Shown here: positions 1-10,248 of the stretch, piece by piece
Position numbering within the stretch: position 1 is the stretch's first letter
How the letters are laid out: every line of letters starts with the position of its first letter
Origin: Marinicella sp.
Lineage (GTDB): Bacteria > Pseudomonadota > Gammaproteobacteria > Xanthomonadales > Marinicellaceae
NCBI GenBank assembly: GCA_965230295.1
Contig: OZ246001.1
Span: 2,400,001-2,464,000, forward strand
Reading direction: 5' to 3'
DNA: 64,000 nucleotides
The notes under the pieces: generated by a model
The model's input: the letters and a program-made list of their open reading frames with translations, nothing else
The model's database searches: none
Told to the model about the DNA's origin: nothing
Made by a program: the position numbers and the translations under genes

Positions 1-465
1 AACTGCACTTTTAAGACTGAAAAAAAATTCAAAGCTGAAGTGGCTGTGGTCAATCACATGGGACAAAAGCTGTGGTTGGTTAAACCGCAAACATTCATGA
101 ATTGTTCTGGTCAAAGTGTTATCCCTTTTGTCAATTTTTACCGCATACCGGTCTCTGACATGTTGGTGGCCTATGATGAATTGGACATCCCGGCAGGCAC
201 GGCTAAATTAAAAAAAGGTGGTGGACATGGTGGCCATAATGGATTGAGAGACATCATCCCGGCATTGGGACCAGATTTTAAACGTTTGCGAATCGGCATC
301 GGTCATCCTGGTGACAAATCTAAAGTCACACCCTGGGTATTGGGTAAGCCTTCATTGGATGATTTGGTTGCTATCGAGCGATGTATAGATAAATGTGTGG
401 CAGAAACCGATCATTTAATCAAAGGTGATTGGGACCGTGCCATGAAAAACATACACACGGCGTAA
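1..465 (+). CDS. pth: Peptidyl-tRNA hydrolase, 5'-truncated by the window edge
   Basis: Motifs KPQTFMNCSG, YDELD, GGHGGHNGLRDI, RLRIGIGHP; frame is open back to base 1. Confidence 0.95.
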   Translation, partial: NCTFKTEKKFKAEVAVVNHMGQKLWLVKPQTFMNCSGQSVIPFVNFYRIPVSDMLVAYDELDIPAGTAKLKKGGGHGGHNGLRDIIPALGPDFKRLRIGIGHPGDKSKVTPWVLGKPSLDDLVAIERCIDKCVAETDHLIKGDWDRAMKNIHTA

Positions 466-475
466 TCAGTCGAAT

Positions 476-1576
476 CTATGACAGCTGTCTGTGAGACAAA
501 AAGTCACCCACCAGTTTTGTAAAAACCGGTTGATCCACCAAAAAGGCATCGTGTCCTTGTATGGAGTCAGTGATCAACAACTCGCTGTCGCAATCAATTG
601 CTAACAATAAGGCATGCAATTCTTGTTGCAACTCTATGGGAAACAGAAGATCTGTGTGCGCCCCTACCACCAGTGCCGACTCTAATGTAACACCTTCTAA
701 TGGGTTTTGGTTTTTAGAATGGGCATATTTGTATCCATCAAACCAATCCATCGCCCGAGATAAATACAGGTAACTGATGGGATCGAATTTATGAATGAAT
801 TGATTGGCGTGGTGCTCCAAATAACTTTCAACAGGAAATTCAATGCCAAAAGGATGTTCTGGAACTTGTTTCAAGGAACGAGGAAATCGATCTCGCCATT
901 CCAGGGCCGAACGGTAACTGAGCATACCAATCTTACGCGCGAATTTCATCCCTTCTTCAGGCCAATTGGCAGCCGAATAATGCCCTTGGTTGAAGTTTTC
1001 GTCTTTCAGTATGGCTTCCCTTTGTAAGGATCTGATGGCGGTACTGAATGGGGGGGAGGCCATGCCTGATGCCATGTGAATCAGGTGTTTACAGTAAGTT
1101 GGATGATTGAGAATCAATGCCAAAGCTGACATGCCGCCCATGGAAGGACCAATGACGGTATGAATTTGATTGATGCCCAGTGATTGACACAACAACACCG
1201 ATGAATTGGCGATGTCTTCTAAGGTCAAATCCGGAAAATCAAAACGATAGGGGGCGCCTGTTTTTGGGTTGGGAGAGCAGGGTCCAGTAGAACCTTTACA
1301 GCTGCCTAATGAACTGGCACAAACCACATACCAATGGTTGGTGTCAATGGCTTTACCGGGTCCAATCATGAACTCCCACCATCCGGCCGTATCATGCTCG
1401 CTGTGTCTGGCGGCATGTGAATCAGCAGACAACCCGGTCAGGATTAAGATGGCATTGGACTGGGTTGGGTTCAGTTTGCCCCAGGTTTCATAAGCCAATA
1501 TACCACCTTCTATACCGCCACCACGGTGAAATCGAAAGGTATTTGGAATATCAAATAGTTTAAGGTAGTTGGCCAT
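476..1576 (-). CDS. metX: MetX-family alpha/beta-hydrolase acyltransferase, most like the Xanthomonas-type serine O-succinyltransferase
   Basis: YETWG, TGLSADSHAA, GWWEFMIGPGKAIDT, GPSMGGM nucleophile elbow, PFSTAIRSLQREAI, GHDAFL. Confidence 0.85.
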   Translation of the reverse strand: MANYLKLFDIPNTFRFHRGGGIEGGILAYETWGKLNPTQSNAILILTGLSADSHAARHSEHDTAGWWEFMIGPGKAIDTNHWYVVCASSLGSCKGSTGPCSPNPKTGAPYRFDFPDLTLEDIANSSVLLCQSLGINQIHTVIGPSMGGMSALALILNHPTYCKHLIHMASGMASPPFSTAIRSLQREAILKDENFNQGHYSAANWPEEGMKFARKIGMLSYRSALEWRDRFPRSLKQVPEHPFGIEFPVESYLEHHANQFIHKFDPISYLYLSRAMDWFDGYKYAHSKNQNPLEGVTLESALVVGAHTDLLFPIELQQELHALLLAIDCDSELLITDSIQGHDAFLVDQPVFTKLVGDFLSHRQLS

Positions 1577-1642
1577 ACTGTTCCCAAAAATAAACGGCCT
1601 ATGGTTAACATCAGGCCGTCATCTAAGGGACTTATTGTATCA

Positions 1643-1669
1643 AAGAGGGTGCTTGATAAGAACCCTCTT
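1643..1669. terminator. Hairpin downstream of the ABC permease (candidate terminator)
   Basis: AAGAGGGT...ACCCTCTT inverted repeat. Confidence 0.5.
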
Positions 1670-1689
1670 AGCGATTCAATTTAGTTCGA

Positions 1690-2640
1690 TTACGTGGCGT
1701 TTCTGAAACGCCTGACATAGATGGCCAATGCCACAGCCACTATAGCGAATGCCAGTCCATAATAAATCGATGGGTTGGTTAAACCATTGAGCATGGAGTG
1801 TATCAATTCGACACTGGTTTGTTCGGTCGGGTCAAAGTCAATTTCTTCGACCGTAAACCCCAGCCCCGAAGTGAATGGTTGAGTGCCCTTGGCCATCAAT
1901 ATCCCAATGGTTTTGAAGACCCCAATTCTGACCACATCCAAATTGACCAACGCGTTGTACCAGTACCAAATAAAGCCAGCTAACATAGGTGCAAATACAG
2001 CCAATAAAAAGGGTCTTCTTTTCGAATAAGATGATGAGAACAGCAGCCAGCCGTAAACGGGTAAGGCCCACAAGGCTTGTGCCAAACACCCAACCATGAA
2101 TGCCCCCCAATTATTGATGAAGTTGATGTTCGACCACAAGATGGTGAAAGGGTTGGCTCCATTAAGTAATAAGAATAAACTGGTTAAAATAAAAAACACC
2201 AAATGACTCACTATTAAACCGGCGGTAAAGATCAGCGGTGCAACCACTGTGGCAGTGACTAATTTGGATAACACAGTTTGGGTGTCAGACACTGGCAATG
2301 ATTTCCAAAATAAGATACTGCCATCTTTGCGGTCATCATACAGGCTACCAAGCAAGAAAAAGAAAATGATGACAAACAACACAAAGTGGTACAAGGATCC
2401 AGTCGATAACATGAAGACATCAATACCAGCCTGAATTTTGCTGGGATCCAGATTCTCTAGTGACTTGGCACCAAACTCAACAGCTTGGCCGCTGTTGATT
2501 TTTACATCCAGGCGATCAGTGGTGAAATACACCAGCATCAGAATGATCGACATCACGATACCCATGATGATAGGGGTCTTTAAGAAGGCGCCTCGGTGTT
2601 CCCAGTACTCTCGGGTTAATAATGCTTGAAAAGTTTTCAT
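1690..2640 (-). CDS. ABC-2-type exporter permease
   Basis: REYWEH N-terminal motif, LYDDRKDGSILFWKSLPVSD motif, about 6 hydrophobic segments; overlaps the ATPase stop. Confidence 0.85.
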   Translation of the reverse strand: MKTFQALLTREYWEHRGAFLKTPIIMGIVMSIILMLVYFTTDRLDVKINSGQAVEFGAKSLENLDPSKIQAGIDVFMLSTGSLYHFVLFVIIFFFLLGSLYDDRKDGSILFWKSLPVSDTQTVLSKLVTATVVAPLIFTAGLIVSHLVFFILTSLFLLLNGANPFTILWSNINFINNWGAFMVGCLAQALWALPVYGWLLFSSSYSKRRPFLLAVFAPMLAGFIWYWYNALVNLDVVRIGVFKTIGILMAKGTQPFTSGLGFTVEEIDFDPTEQTSVELIHSMLNGLTNPSIYYGLAFAIVAVALAIYVRRFRNAT

Positions 2641-3497
2641 ACTTGCTCCTCCTCTTGCATCAATGCCACAAATAAATCAGAGACCGAAGGTCTTTGTACT
2701 TCGCCCAGGGTTTCTATGACATCCCTTGAGTGTGAGTGAAACAGCATGATGTATTTTCCGAATACTTTACGAATGGTTAATGGGTTGTGAGACATGGCTT
2801 GCTCATAATGATCTTGGTTGACCATGACTTCGAAATAGGAGTTGGTCAGTTCGTCCATGTTGGCGTTTAAAACAATTTCACCTTCACGAATGAACACCAC
2901 GTCAGTCAGGATGTGCTCAATTTCTTCAACTTGATGGGTGGTGATGATGATGGTTCTTTCGTTGTCAAAATAATCATTGAGCAAGTTGTCGTAAAACTGT
3001 TTTCTGAACAAAATATCCAAACCCAAAGTGGGCTCATCCAGAACCAGCAACTTGGCATCTATAGACATGACCAAAGCCAGGTGCAACTGTGCGGTCATCC
3101 CTTTGGATAGCTCTTTGACTTTATGGTTCATTTTGATTTTGGTCTTGGTCAAAAAGTGTTTGGCTTGCTCGACAGAAAAGTTAGGGTGGGTGTGTTCGGT
3201 GAATTGCAACAATTGAGACACTTTAATCCATTTAGGTAAAACCGCAACATCAGCAATGAAACAAATTTCTTTCATCAGATCTGCCCGTTTTTTATAAGGA
3301 TCAATTCCCAATACTTTTAAATCACCTTCGCATGAATCTAAACCCAACACCGATTTAAGCAAGGTGGTTTTACCTGCCCCGTTTGGCCCAATTAAGCCCA
3401 CAATTTTACCTTTGCTGATGTCTATGTTGACGTTCTTTAAAGCCTGAAAACTGCCAAACTTCTTGTTGACATTTTGTGCCGTTAATATATGACTCAT
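2637..3497 (-). CDS. ABC transporter ATP-binding protein (YtrB-like)
   Basis: Walker A GPNGAGKT, signature LSKGM, Walker B LLVLDEPT, H-loop TTH. Confidence 0.95.
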   Translation of the reverse strand: MSHILTAQNVNKKFGSFQALKNVNIDISKGKIVGLIGPNGAGKTTLLKSVLGLDSCEGDLKVLGIDPYKKRADLMKEICFIADVAVLPKWIKVSQLLQFTEHTHPNFSVEQAKHFLTKTKIKMNHKVKELSKGMTAQLHLALVMSIDAKLLVLDEPTLGLDILFRKQFYDNLLNDYFDNERTIIITTHQVEEIEHILTDVVFIREGEIVLNANMDELTNSYFEVMVNQDHYEQAMSHNPLTIRKVFGKYIMLFHSHSRDVIETLGEVQRPSVSDLFVALMQEEEQV

Positions 3498-3865
3498 TGA
3501 TTACTCCCAATTGCTTTTAACGAGTTTATTAATTGTTGTGTATCTAAATTTAATGTTTGAATTTTGTTGAGTATTTTAGGCCAATCTTCTTTGATAAACT
3601 GCTCATTTTCATTCACTTGAAGTTTTCGTGCAGCACCTGATTGGACAAACATACCCAGTCCGCGTCTTTTTTCAACCAATTCTTCATCGACCAGAATCTG
3701 ATATGATTTGGAAACGGTAATGGGGTTAACTTTATAATCAATCGCCACTTGCCTAACTGAAGGTAAGGCATCACCTTCACTGATGTCTCCAGACAAAATC
3801 ATGTCTTTGATTTGATCTTTCAGTTGTAAATAAATGGGTTCCTTGTCATTCCACTGGAAGCTCAT
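3494..3865 (-). CDS. GntR-family regulator, YtrA subfamily
   Basis: PIYLQL, GDALPSVRQVA, VNPITVSKSY, RRGLGMFV; short C-terminal domain; sits upstream of an ABC ATPase. Confidence 0.92.
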   Translation of the reverse strand: MSFQWNDKEPIYLQLKDQIKDMILSGDISEGDALPSVRQVAIDYKVNPITVSKSYQILVDEELVEKRRGLGMFVQSGAARKLQVNENEQFIKEDWPKILNKIQTLNLDTQQLINSLKAIGSNQ

Positions 3866-3866
3866 G

Positions 3867-4070
3867 TCATTTCACCAACCTAGGTAACAATATCGTTATA
3901 GATTTATTTATTTTTAAGGCGTTACCTTCTGCTTTGATTGTTTTGCTGATGGGTTGTTGTGGCACTTTACTGGTGGCTGTTGGCGTGATCGCATAGCTTA
4001 AGGCCACAGAAGTTAATAAAGATAAAAATAATATGGATACAACCATTATGTTTTGTTTTAATTGGTTCAT
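3867..4070 (-). CDS. Small hypothetical protein with a signal or TM segment, first gene of the GntR-ABC operon
   Basis: Hydrophobic N-terminus, AGGCAGGTG-like RBS upstream, 1 bp gap before gntR. Confidence 0.6.
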   Translation of the reverse strand: MNQLKQNIMVVSILFLSLLTSVALSYAITPTATSKVPQQPISKTIKAEGNALKINKSITILLPRLVK

Positions 4071-4091
4071 GATACACCTGCCTTTTATTTA

Positions 4092-4129
4092 AGTGTTATA
4101 CTATACTACAACACTACTGAAATAGTCAA
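4092..4129 (-). promoter_or_regulatory. Sigma70 promoter overlapped by a YtrA-type operator palindrome
   Basis: Minus-strand TTGACT (4129-4124), 18 bp spacer, TATAGT (4105-4100); AGTGTT-N12-AACACT palindrome at 4092-4115 resembles B. subtilis YtrA boxes. Confidence 0.7.
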
Positions 4130-4185
4130 GTATGCCAAAAGTCACAGGTCTTTTCTGAATTGAAAAAAAGTCAATGAAATCAATA

Positions 4186-4632
4186 TCATCGATACTCGTG
4201 TTTGGTGCCGGGAACTGGATATAGAATCGATTTCTTGATCACATGTTCTTTCCGAAAGTTCTCAGAAAACAAAAAACAATCTAATACATAAGGCAACTGC
4301 TTGTACTTTTCGCCGGCCTTTGGCAAGTTCTTGTTGATCAGAGAAATATCAATGGTTTCTACAGCATAGGTGGTTAAATCCGGGATGGGTATGCCATTGA
4401 ATTCGATGGCTTGGCGTTCTTTGATGGCTAACTGGCAACTCAGTTGGTTGTTTTCTCGGGTCAGCCGATTGCGATGAGACAGCCTGACTTTTAATTGTTC
4501 AGACGATAAATCAAGCATCACGATTTCAATCAATGAGGGCAGATTGTGAAGCTCCGTTTTGGGTACAGGTGTGCAGTTGGATAAAGCCAAACTGAGGAGT
4601 ATTAACAGTGCAGTGTTTGTATTAGTTTTCAT
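4186..4632 (-). CDS. Hypothetical lipoprotein, last gene of the peptide ABC operon
   Basis: Lipobox-like LALSNC; overlaps the permease stop by 11 bp. Confidence 0.65.
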   Translation of the reverse strand: MKTNTNTALLILLSLALSNCTPVPKTELHNLPSLIEIVMLDLSSEQLKVRLSHRNRLTRENNQLSCQLAIKERQAIEFNGIPIPDLTTYAVETIDISLINKNLPKAGEKYKQLPYVLDCFLFSENFRKEHVIKKSILYPVPGTKHEYR

Positions 4633-5536
4633 GATTTAAGTTAGTTTTTGGATCAAGGGCATCTTGTAAAGCATCAGAAAAAAAATTAAAACCAATGACC
4701 AGTATAAACAACAGTGATGATGCAACAATGAAATTATTGAAATAACCAGCTTGTATGTCATTGATTGATTCAGCAATCATCAATCCCCAGCTGATGCCAT
4801 TTTTTACACCCAACCCTAAAAAGCTGAGTATCACCTCGGTCTTGATGGCAGCCACGAAGACCAAGGTTGCTTGGATGATGATCAGATGGCTGGTGTTTGG
4901 GATGATGTGCTGAAAGAGGATTTTGGCTTGTCTTAAACCGAGGGCTTTTGCAGCTTCGACAAATTCAAGTTGCTTCAGCAGGATGACTTCACTTCTGATG
5001 ATGCGTGCAATGGTCGTCCAAAACACGGCTATCATGGCAATGTGCATGGAAAACATGGCCATTTGTTCAACATGAGCAAGGTTTTGCATGGCAAAAGCAA
5101 TGGCAGCCACAAACAGGTAAAACGGGATTGAGTCCAACACGCCCATGATCCACAATAAAATGGCATCTAACCAGGATCCTTGATAAAAACCAGCAATGGC
5201 ACCCAATACAACACCTAAAATGGTGGTGAAAATTGTGACCACTAACCCGACTTCGAAGGCCACTTTGGTGGCATAAATGCCGCGACTGGCGATGTCCTGA
5301 CCGATGGCATTGGTACCAAACCAGTGTTGCCATGTTGGGCCTTGATTCATTTCTGCTGATATTTCGCTCCAGCCTAACCCCCAAATACCAAGCCACACAC
5401 CAGTTGCCATAATCAAGTAAATCATGACAATAAACAATCCCAAAAGTCCAAAATTATCGGCTTTGAATTGTGTCCAGGATTTACTCCATAAGCTGCTGTA
5501 TTCTTGACCTGCAGCTGCAGTGTTTGTCGAACTCAT
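4622..5536 (-). CDS. Peptide ABC transporter permease (OppC/DppC-like)
   Basis: HWFGTNAIGQD and the EAA loop EFVEAAKALG. Confidence 0.9.
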   Translation of the reverse strand: MSSTNTAAAGQEYSSLWSKSWTQFKADNFGLLGLFIVMIYLIMATGVWLGIWGLGWSEISAEMNQGPTWQHWFGTNAIGQDIASRGIYATKVAFEVGLVVTIFTTILGVVLGAIAGFYQGSWLDAILLWIMGVLDSIPFYLFVAAIAFAMQNLAHVEQMAMFSMHIAMIAVFWTTIARIIRSEVILLKQLEFVEAAKALGLRQAKILFQHIIPNTSHLIIIQATLVFVAAIKTEVILSFLGLGVKNGISWGLMIAESINDIQAGYFNNFIVASSLLFILVIGFNFFSDALQDALDPKTNLNHEN

Positions 5537-5567
5537 GAAATCACCCCAGACAGCATAAAATCAACAT

Positions 5568-6539
5568 TCATCGCAACACCACCCTGGGATCAAACCAACG
5601 ATACAAAATCTCAGAAAGCAGCATAACCAATACGAATAATACGGCAGTGATACCCACTATGGCTTTAAGTACAGGTTGGTCGCCTGCCAGTATGGCATCA
5701 TAGGTAATCAAACCTACACCGGGAATGCCGAAATGACTTTCAATCAATAAAGAACCACTGATGACCACCAATGGTATTGAGAACATCACCCGTGTGATGA
5801 TGGGTATCATGGCATTTTTAAGCATGTACTTGTAATGAATTTGTTGGTTGTTGTGGCCAAAAGCTTTGGTGGTGGTGATGTAGTCTTTGTGCATTTCTTC
5901 AACCAAAACAGCCCGGTAGAAGCGTGTGTTGTAGCCCAATGAAACAAAAACCACTGCTAAAGTTGGGACAGTCACATACTTAAGATAAGCCAGCCAGCTG
6001 AACGACTGGTTTTCATCAAAAATATGCCAACCCCTCACAGGAAACCAATTTAAACCATAACTGGAGGAAAAGATCAGTTGAAATCCAATGATCACAATCA
6101 GAAAAGAAATACTCATTCCAATGACAGCAAAAGTCATGATGGTTTTGTCCTGCCACTGTCTGCGGTACTTGGCTGCTTTTAATGCCAGGTAAATGGCCAA
6201 TACATTGCCGATGATGAATCCAGGTAACATCAGCAGCAGTGAAATGGGGATGGCGCTGATTAACATCTCGGCAACAGGCTGGTCTTTGACCAGGGATAAG
6301 CCAAAATCAAAAGTTATTAATTCTTTGACATACAGCAGGTAACGCTGCCAAAAAGGCCGGTCATAACCCAGTAGTTGTCGCAGCTCATTGACGGCTTCTT
6401 CGCTGGCGTTTTTGCTGAGTAATGTATAGGTTAAATCTGGGCCAAAATAAACCATCAATATGAATGAGACCAATGTCACGCCAATGATCAAAGGAATACC
6501 TTCAAGCAACTTTTTGATGACAAAAACCCAAGTATTCAT
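5568..6539 (-). CDS. Peptide ABC transporter permease (OppB/DppB-like)
   Basis: LGYDRPFWQRY, DFGLSL, DYITTTKAFG, IESHFGIPGVG. Confidence 0.9.
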   Translation of the reverse strand: MNTWVFVIKKLLEGIPLIIGVTLVSFILMVYFGPDLTYTLLSKNASEEAVNELRQLLGYDRPFWQRYLLYVKELITFDFGLSLVKDQPVAEMLISAIPISLLLMLPGFIIGNVLAIYLALKAAKYRRQWQDKTIMTFAVIGMSISFLIVIIGFQLIFSSSYGLNWFPVRGWHIFDENQSFSWLAYLKYVTVPTLAVVFVSLGYNTRFYRAVLVEEMHKDYITTTKAFGHNNQQIHYKYMLKNAMIPIITRVMFSIPLVVISGSLLIESHFGIPGVGLITYDAILAGDQPVLKAIVGITAVLFVLVMLLSEILYRWFDPRVVLR

Positions 6540-8368
6540 TACTTGACGTCTACATAACGGAGGTGATAACCACCCACAATCTCACGGTCTGGGAAAGTGA
6601 TGACATTCTTATGCCACAGGTGAATTTTATTCCTGGATAAACCTGAGATCACCACACAATCATCAATCACCAATTGGTTCATTTTTTGATAAAGTGCAGT
6701 TCGCTCTGGTGAAGGCAACATCGTACTGGATTGTTCAAACAGGGCATCAAATTCAGGATTTCTGTAGTTAAAATTATTGGACCCTGGTGTTTCATTGGGG
6801 CCATAGAACAATTGCAGTGTATTTTCTGCATCAGGGTAATCTAAATTCCAGCCCAGAAAGAAGAAAGGAGTTTGGCGGTTCTTTATGGCTTTATTGAAGT
6901 TTCCAAAGCTGGGGTAGGGATGATACTGGATTCGGTTATTGGGGTAGCCAATCGAATTCATGAACCCCCGCATTTGCTCAAAAAACTGTTTTTGTAGCAC
7001 ACTGCCTGTAACGTGGTACTCAAAATTTGGCAGTTGTTCATCGTTCCATTGGTGGTCTTGAAGTAATTGTTTGGCACCTGCCACATCGGTAATGATGGAG
7101 TCTTGACTTATGTTTGGGTCATATTCAGGTACACTGGGTGGAATGATGCCTGGAAATACAGTGCCTAAACCAAAGTAAAAGGCTTGGTTTTTTTGCTGCC
7201 AATCATGAGATTTCCTGATGGCGCAGCGCAAGGCTTTACTTCGTGCATCATGTTCAGGGTCGCCATTGTTGCCAAACACCGGATCGGTCATGTTGAAACC
7301 ATGGTAGACAAAGCCGGCTTCCGTTCCATAGCTGTGGTGATAGTTTTGACTGATTTGTGGATGAATTTTTATGGGTTTTTTGCTCAGTAATACCGTATTC
7401 TGTTTGTCTTTAGGTACAGTGGTGTATTGAATTTCATTGCCTTTAGTGAAAGACTGCCAACGGGATGCTGACTCATTGATGAAGTGGATTTCCAGTTGAT
7501 CAATGAATGGGGGTGATTGGTTGTGTAATGATTTTACGCCGAAAGCCGCATGCAATTGTTCATTGTAACCTTCAGCATAGATGTCCAAGGGCTCTTGTCG
7601 AAATTTTGGATTGCGCAGTAAATAAGCCGTTTCGGTATTGAAATCGTCCAAGATAAAAGGGCCCGAGCCGATCGGTTTAGAGCCGAATTCAGCGCCTAAG
7701 GCTTCTACCACTTCTCTGGGTGTTACAGCAGAAAAACCCATGGCCAAAGAATAAAGCAGTTGCGGGTATGGTTTAATTAAATCAATCCTAAGTGTGTAGT
7801 CATTGAGGGCCTTTAAACCAGATACTTCGGCGTCATAATTGGCCCCATCCATTTTCCACTGATCCAAACCGTTGATTTTCCCTTGCCAAAGCCAAGTTCC
7901 CGCTGCAGCATTCTTTGGATCGAATGAACGCAGAATGGAGTAAACCACATCTTTGGCCTTAACCTCACGTCCTGATCCATTCTCAAAAGCCGGGTGGTCA
8001 TGGAAATGGACACCAGACTTGATGGTGATCTCATAACTCAGACCATCTTCACTTATTTTCGGCATTGAAGCTGCGAGATTGGGCTTGAGTTGATAAGGCC
8101 TGGCTAAATACTTATAACTGTATAGCGTATCGAAAATGTTGACAGCAAGCATATTGCTATAAATCGAGGACGCTTTGATGGGGTCCAGGCTGGTGGGCTT
8201 GCCGTCCAAAGAATGGCGGTATATTTTATTGCCATTGATGATTGAAGTTTCAGGTTGTCCATAAGCCGAATGGTCATCTTGCTGACAAGCAGAAAGTAGC
8301 AAGAGGGAACTGATGCAAAGAGCGGACTTTAATTTAATCAACATGGGAATAAATATTTTATTGGGCAA
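6539..8368 (-). CDS. Peptide ABC transporter substrate-binding lipoprotein (family 5); true start may be ATG near 8344
   Basis: Lipobox LLSAC, SLDP, PIGSGPF, GWNLDYPDAEN. Confidence 0.9.
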   Translation of the reverse strand: MPNKIFIPMLIKLKSALCISSLLLLSACQQDDHSAYGQPETSIINGNKIYRHSLDGKPTSLDPIKASSIYSNMLAVNIFDTLYSYKYLARPYQLKPNLAASMPKISEDGLSYEITIKSGVHFHDHPAFENGSGREVKAKDVVYSILRSFDPKNAAAGTWLWQGKINGLDQWKMDGANYDAEVSGLKALNDYTLRIDLIKPYPQLLYSLAMGFSAVTPREVVEALGAEFGSKPIGSGPFILDDFNTETAYLLRNPKFRQEPLDIYAEGYNEQLHAAFGVKSLHNQSPPFIDQLEIHFINESASRWQSFTKGNEIQYTTVPKDKQNTVLLSKKPIKIHPQISQNYHHSYGTEAGFVYHGFNMTDPVFGNNGDPEHDARSKALRCAIRKSHDWQQKNQAFYFGLGTVFPGIIPPSVPEYDPNISQDSIITDVAGAKQLLQDHQWNDEQLPNFEYHVTGSVLQKQFFEQMRGFMNSIGYPNNRIQYHPYPSFGNFNKAIKNRQTPFFFLGWNLDYPDAENTLQLFYGPNETPGSNNFNYRNPEFDALFEQSSTMLPSPERTALYQKMNQLVIDDCVVISGLSRNKIHLWHKNVITFPDREIVGGYHLRYVDVK

Positions 8369-8509
8369 TCATTATAACGGCATATGAGTTCACTGGCAAA
8401 GAACGAATGGCTATGATCAATTTGGCTAAGGAATCATGGTATATATTAAAACAGAATGTACTTTTACCTAACGGGTGGTTACCTGTCATGGCTGTGTTAA
8501 AATCAAAGA

Positions 8510-8824
8510 ATGAGTAAAGAAATACAAAAGTACAGCAGTTTCAGTGAATTTTACCCTTATTATTTAGCAGAGCACAGTGATGTGACTTGTCGCCGTTTAC
8601 ATGTGATCGGTTCAGCCATTGTTTTAGTGGTTGCAGTGATGACCATTGTGACTCAAAACTGGATGTTGTTGTGGTTATTACCCGTCATTGGTTATGGATT
8701 TGCCTGGGTTGGGCATTTTTTCTTTGAACACAACAAACCGGCCACATTTAAGTACCCTTTGTACAGCTTGGCTGGAGATTGGGTGATGTTTTGGCAAGTG
8801 CTCACTGGCAAGATAAAATTTTAA
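8510..8824 (+). CDS. DUF962/Mpo1-like membrane protein
   Basis: FYPYYLAEHS, RRLHVIG, AWVGHFFFEHNKPATFKYP. Confidence 0.85.
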   Translation: MSKEIQKYSSFSEFYPYYLAEHSDVTCRRLHVIGSAIVLVVAVMTIVTQNWMLLWLLPVIGYGFAWVGHFFFEHNKPATFKYPLYSLAGDWVMFWQVLTGKIKF

Positions 8825-8840
8825 CTCGGTCAGTTCCAGC

Positions 8841-9677
8841 TCATTTCTTATAGCCATAAGTAACCCGATCAATGCCCGCAAGATCTTTGACAGAGTTAAC
8901 ATGCCTGAAACCGGCATCTGACATTATGGTTTGTACGGAATCTTTTTGTTGCCAACCATGTTCAAACATCAACAGCCCAAATTCTGTTAAATAATTGGGT
9001 GCTTGCTCAGTGATTCGAATGAAATCGCCCAAGCCTTCTTGGTCTGACACCAATGCCGCCGTTGGTTCATGTATTAAGTGATTCAAGTGTTCATCATCAT
9101 CCGCTATATAGGGCGGGTTGCTGACTATTAAATCAAAAGTTTTGTTATTCAAGTTAGTGAACCAGTCAGAAACCATGAATTGGACATTTTTGACTTGGTT
9201 TCGCAATGCATTTCGTTTGGCGATATTCAAAGCGCCTGAAGATTGATCTATACCAATTACTTGTGCATCCGGGAATACCCGGCCCAGTGCCAGCGCCAGC
9301 GCGCCTGAACCGGTGCCCAGATCTAATATGTGCTTGGGATGATTAGTAGCCAGTATATTCAAGGCAACTTCAACGATGGTTTCCGTATCTGGTCTGGGGA
9401 TCAAAGTGTTGCTGTCTACCAACAAATCCAAATCCCAGAACAGTTGTTGGCCGGTGATATAAGCCAAAGGAAATCCATCACCCAATTGCTTTAACCAATG
9501 ATCGAGTTGTTGAATGTGTTGTGGATTCAGCTCAAAATCCTGGTGGGCAAACAACCATGCGTTGTCTTGTTGCAATAAATGAGCGAGCAAACGCCTCAGG
9601 TCAGACTGGTTTATGCGAGGTTGGTTTTGATCAGATGGGTGTTTTTGAGCCCTGAGCCACGCTTGGATGGTGTGCAA
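8841..9677 (-). CDS. prmC: Release factor glutamine methyltransferase
   Basis: PLAYITG, LIPRPDTE, DLGTGSG, SNPPY, FEHGWQQ. Confidence 0.95.
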   Translation of the reverse strand: MHTIQAWLRAQKHPSDQNQPRINQSDLRRLLAHLLQQDNAWLFAHQDFELNPQHIQQLDHWLKQLGDGFPLAYITGQQLFWDLDLLVDSNTLIPRPDTETIVEVALNILATNHPKHILDLGTGSGALALALGRVFPDAQVIGIDQSSGALNIAKRNALRNQVKNVQFMVSDWFTNLNNKTFDLIVSNPPYIADDDEHLNHLIHEPTAALVSDQEGLGDFIRITEQAPNYLTEFGLLMFEHGWQQKDSVQTIMSDAGFRHVNSVKDLAGIDRVTYGYKK

Positions 9678-9699
9678 TGCAATGACCTTAAGGGGTTAT

Positions 9700-10248
9700 T
9701 CAGCCAAATGAACCACTGAATAAGCCATCACTTTTGATGCGATCATCCAATACATCAAAACCACCCTTACTTAAGCGGTCGGTATTGGTTTCAAACTCAA
9801 TGGCATTGATGACATCTCCATGCGCCATATTTTGTGGCATGGGAATGTTGGTTTGATTTTGTTGGTTAAGCTGACTGATTTCAGGGATGGCAACAACCAT
9901 GGCAAAGGCAAAGGCCAAGGTGGCTACCGAAGTTTTTAAAGGCGTTTCCATGCCCAAAAAACTGAACCACGAACGTCTTGAGTTTTCAATGGCATCAGCC
10001 ATAACATGACTCCAATCTTTCAGCGCCATTGCACCTTTCATGGCCTGGGCACTGTCGTGGTCACTGATCAAGTCCTCTACATGACTCAAACGAGTTGATG
10101 AAGCGGCAGTGGCAGCATAACAATCATGTGCATCACTACTGGCAGTGTGCTTTTTACTGTTGTTTTGAAACAGTTCAGCCAATTGTTTTTCGGTTAATTT
10201 TATGCCTTTGTCTTTCATCTTTATCACACTCGGTTCAATCAATTTCAT
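9700..10248 (-). CDS. Putative single-pass anti-sigma factor with a repeated acidic-aromatic C-terminal tail
   Basis: Overlaps the ECF sigma stop; one TM helix (SVATLAFAFAMVVAI); tail contains DVINAIEFE, DRLSKGGFD, DGLFSGSFG. Confidence 0.7.
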   Translation of the reverse strand: MKLIEPSVIKMKDKGIKLTEKQLAELFQNNSKKHTASSDAHDCYAATAASSTRLSHVEDLISDHDSAQAMKGAMALKDWSHVMADAIENSRRSWFSFLGMETPLKTSVATLAFAFAMVVAIPEISQLNQQNQTNIPMPQNMAHGDVINAIEFETNTDRLSKGGFDVLDDRIKSDGLFSGSFG

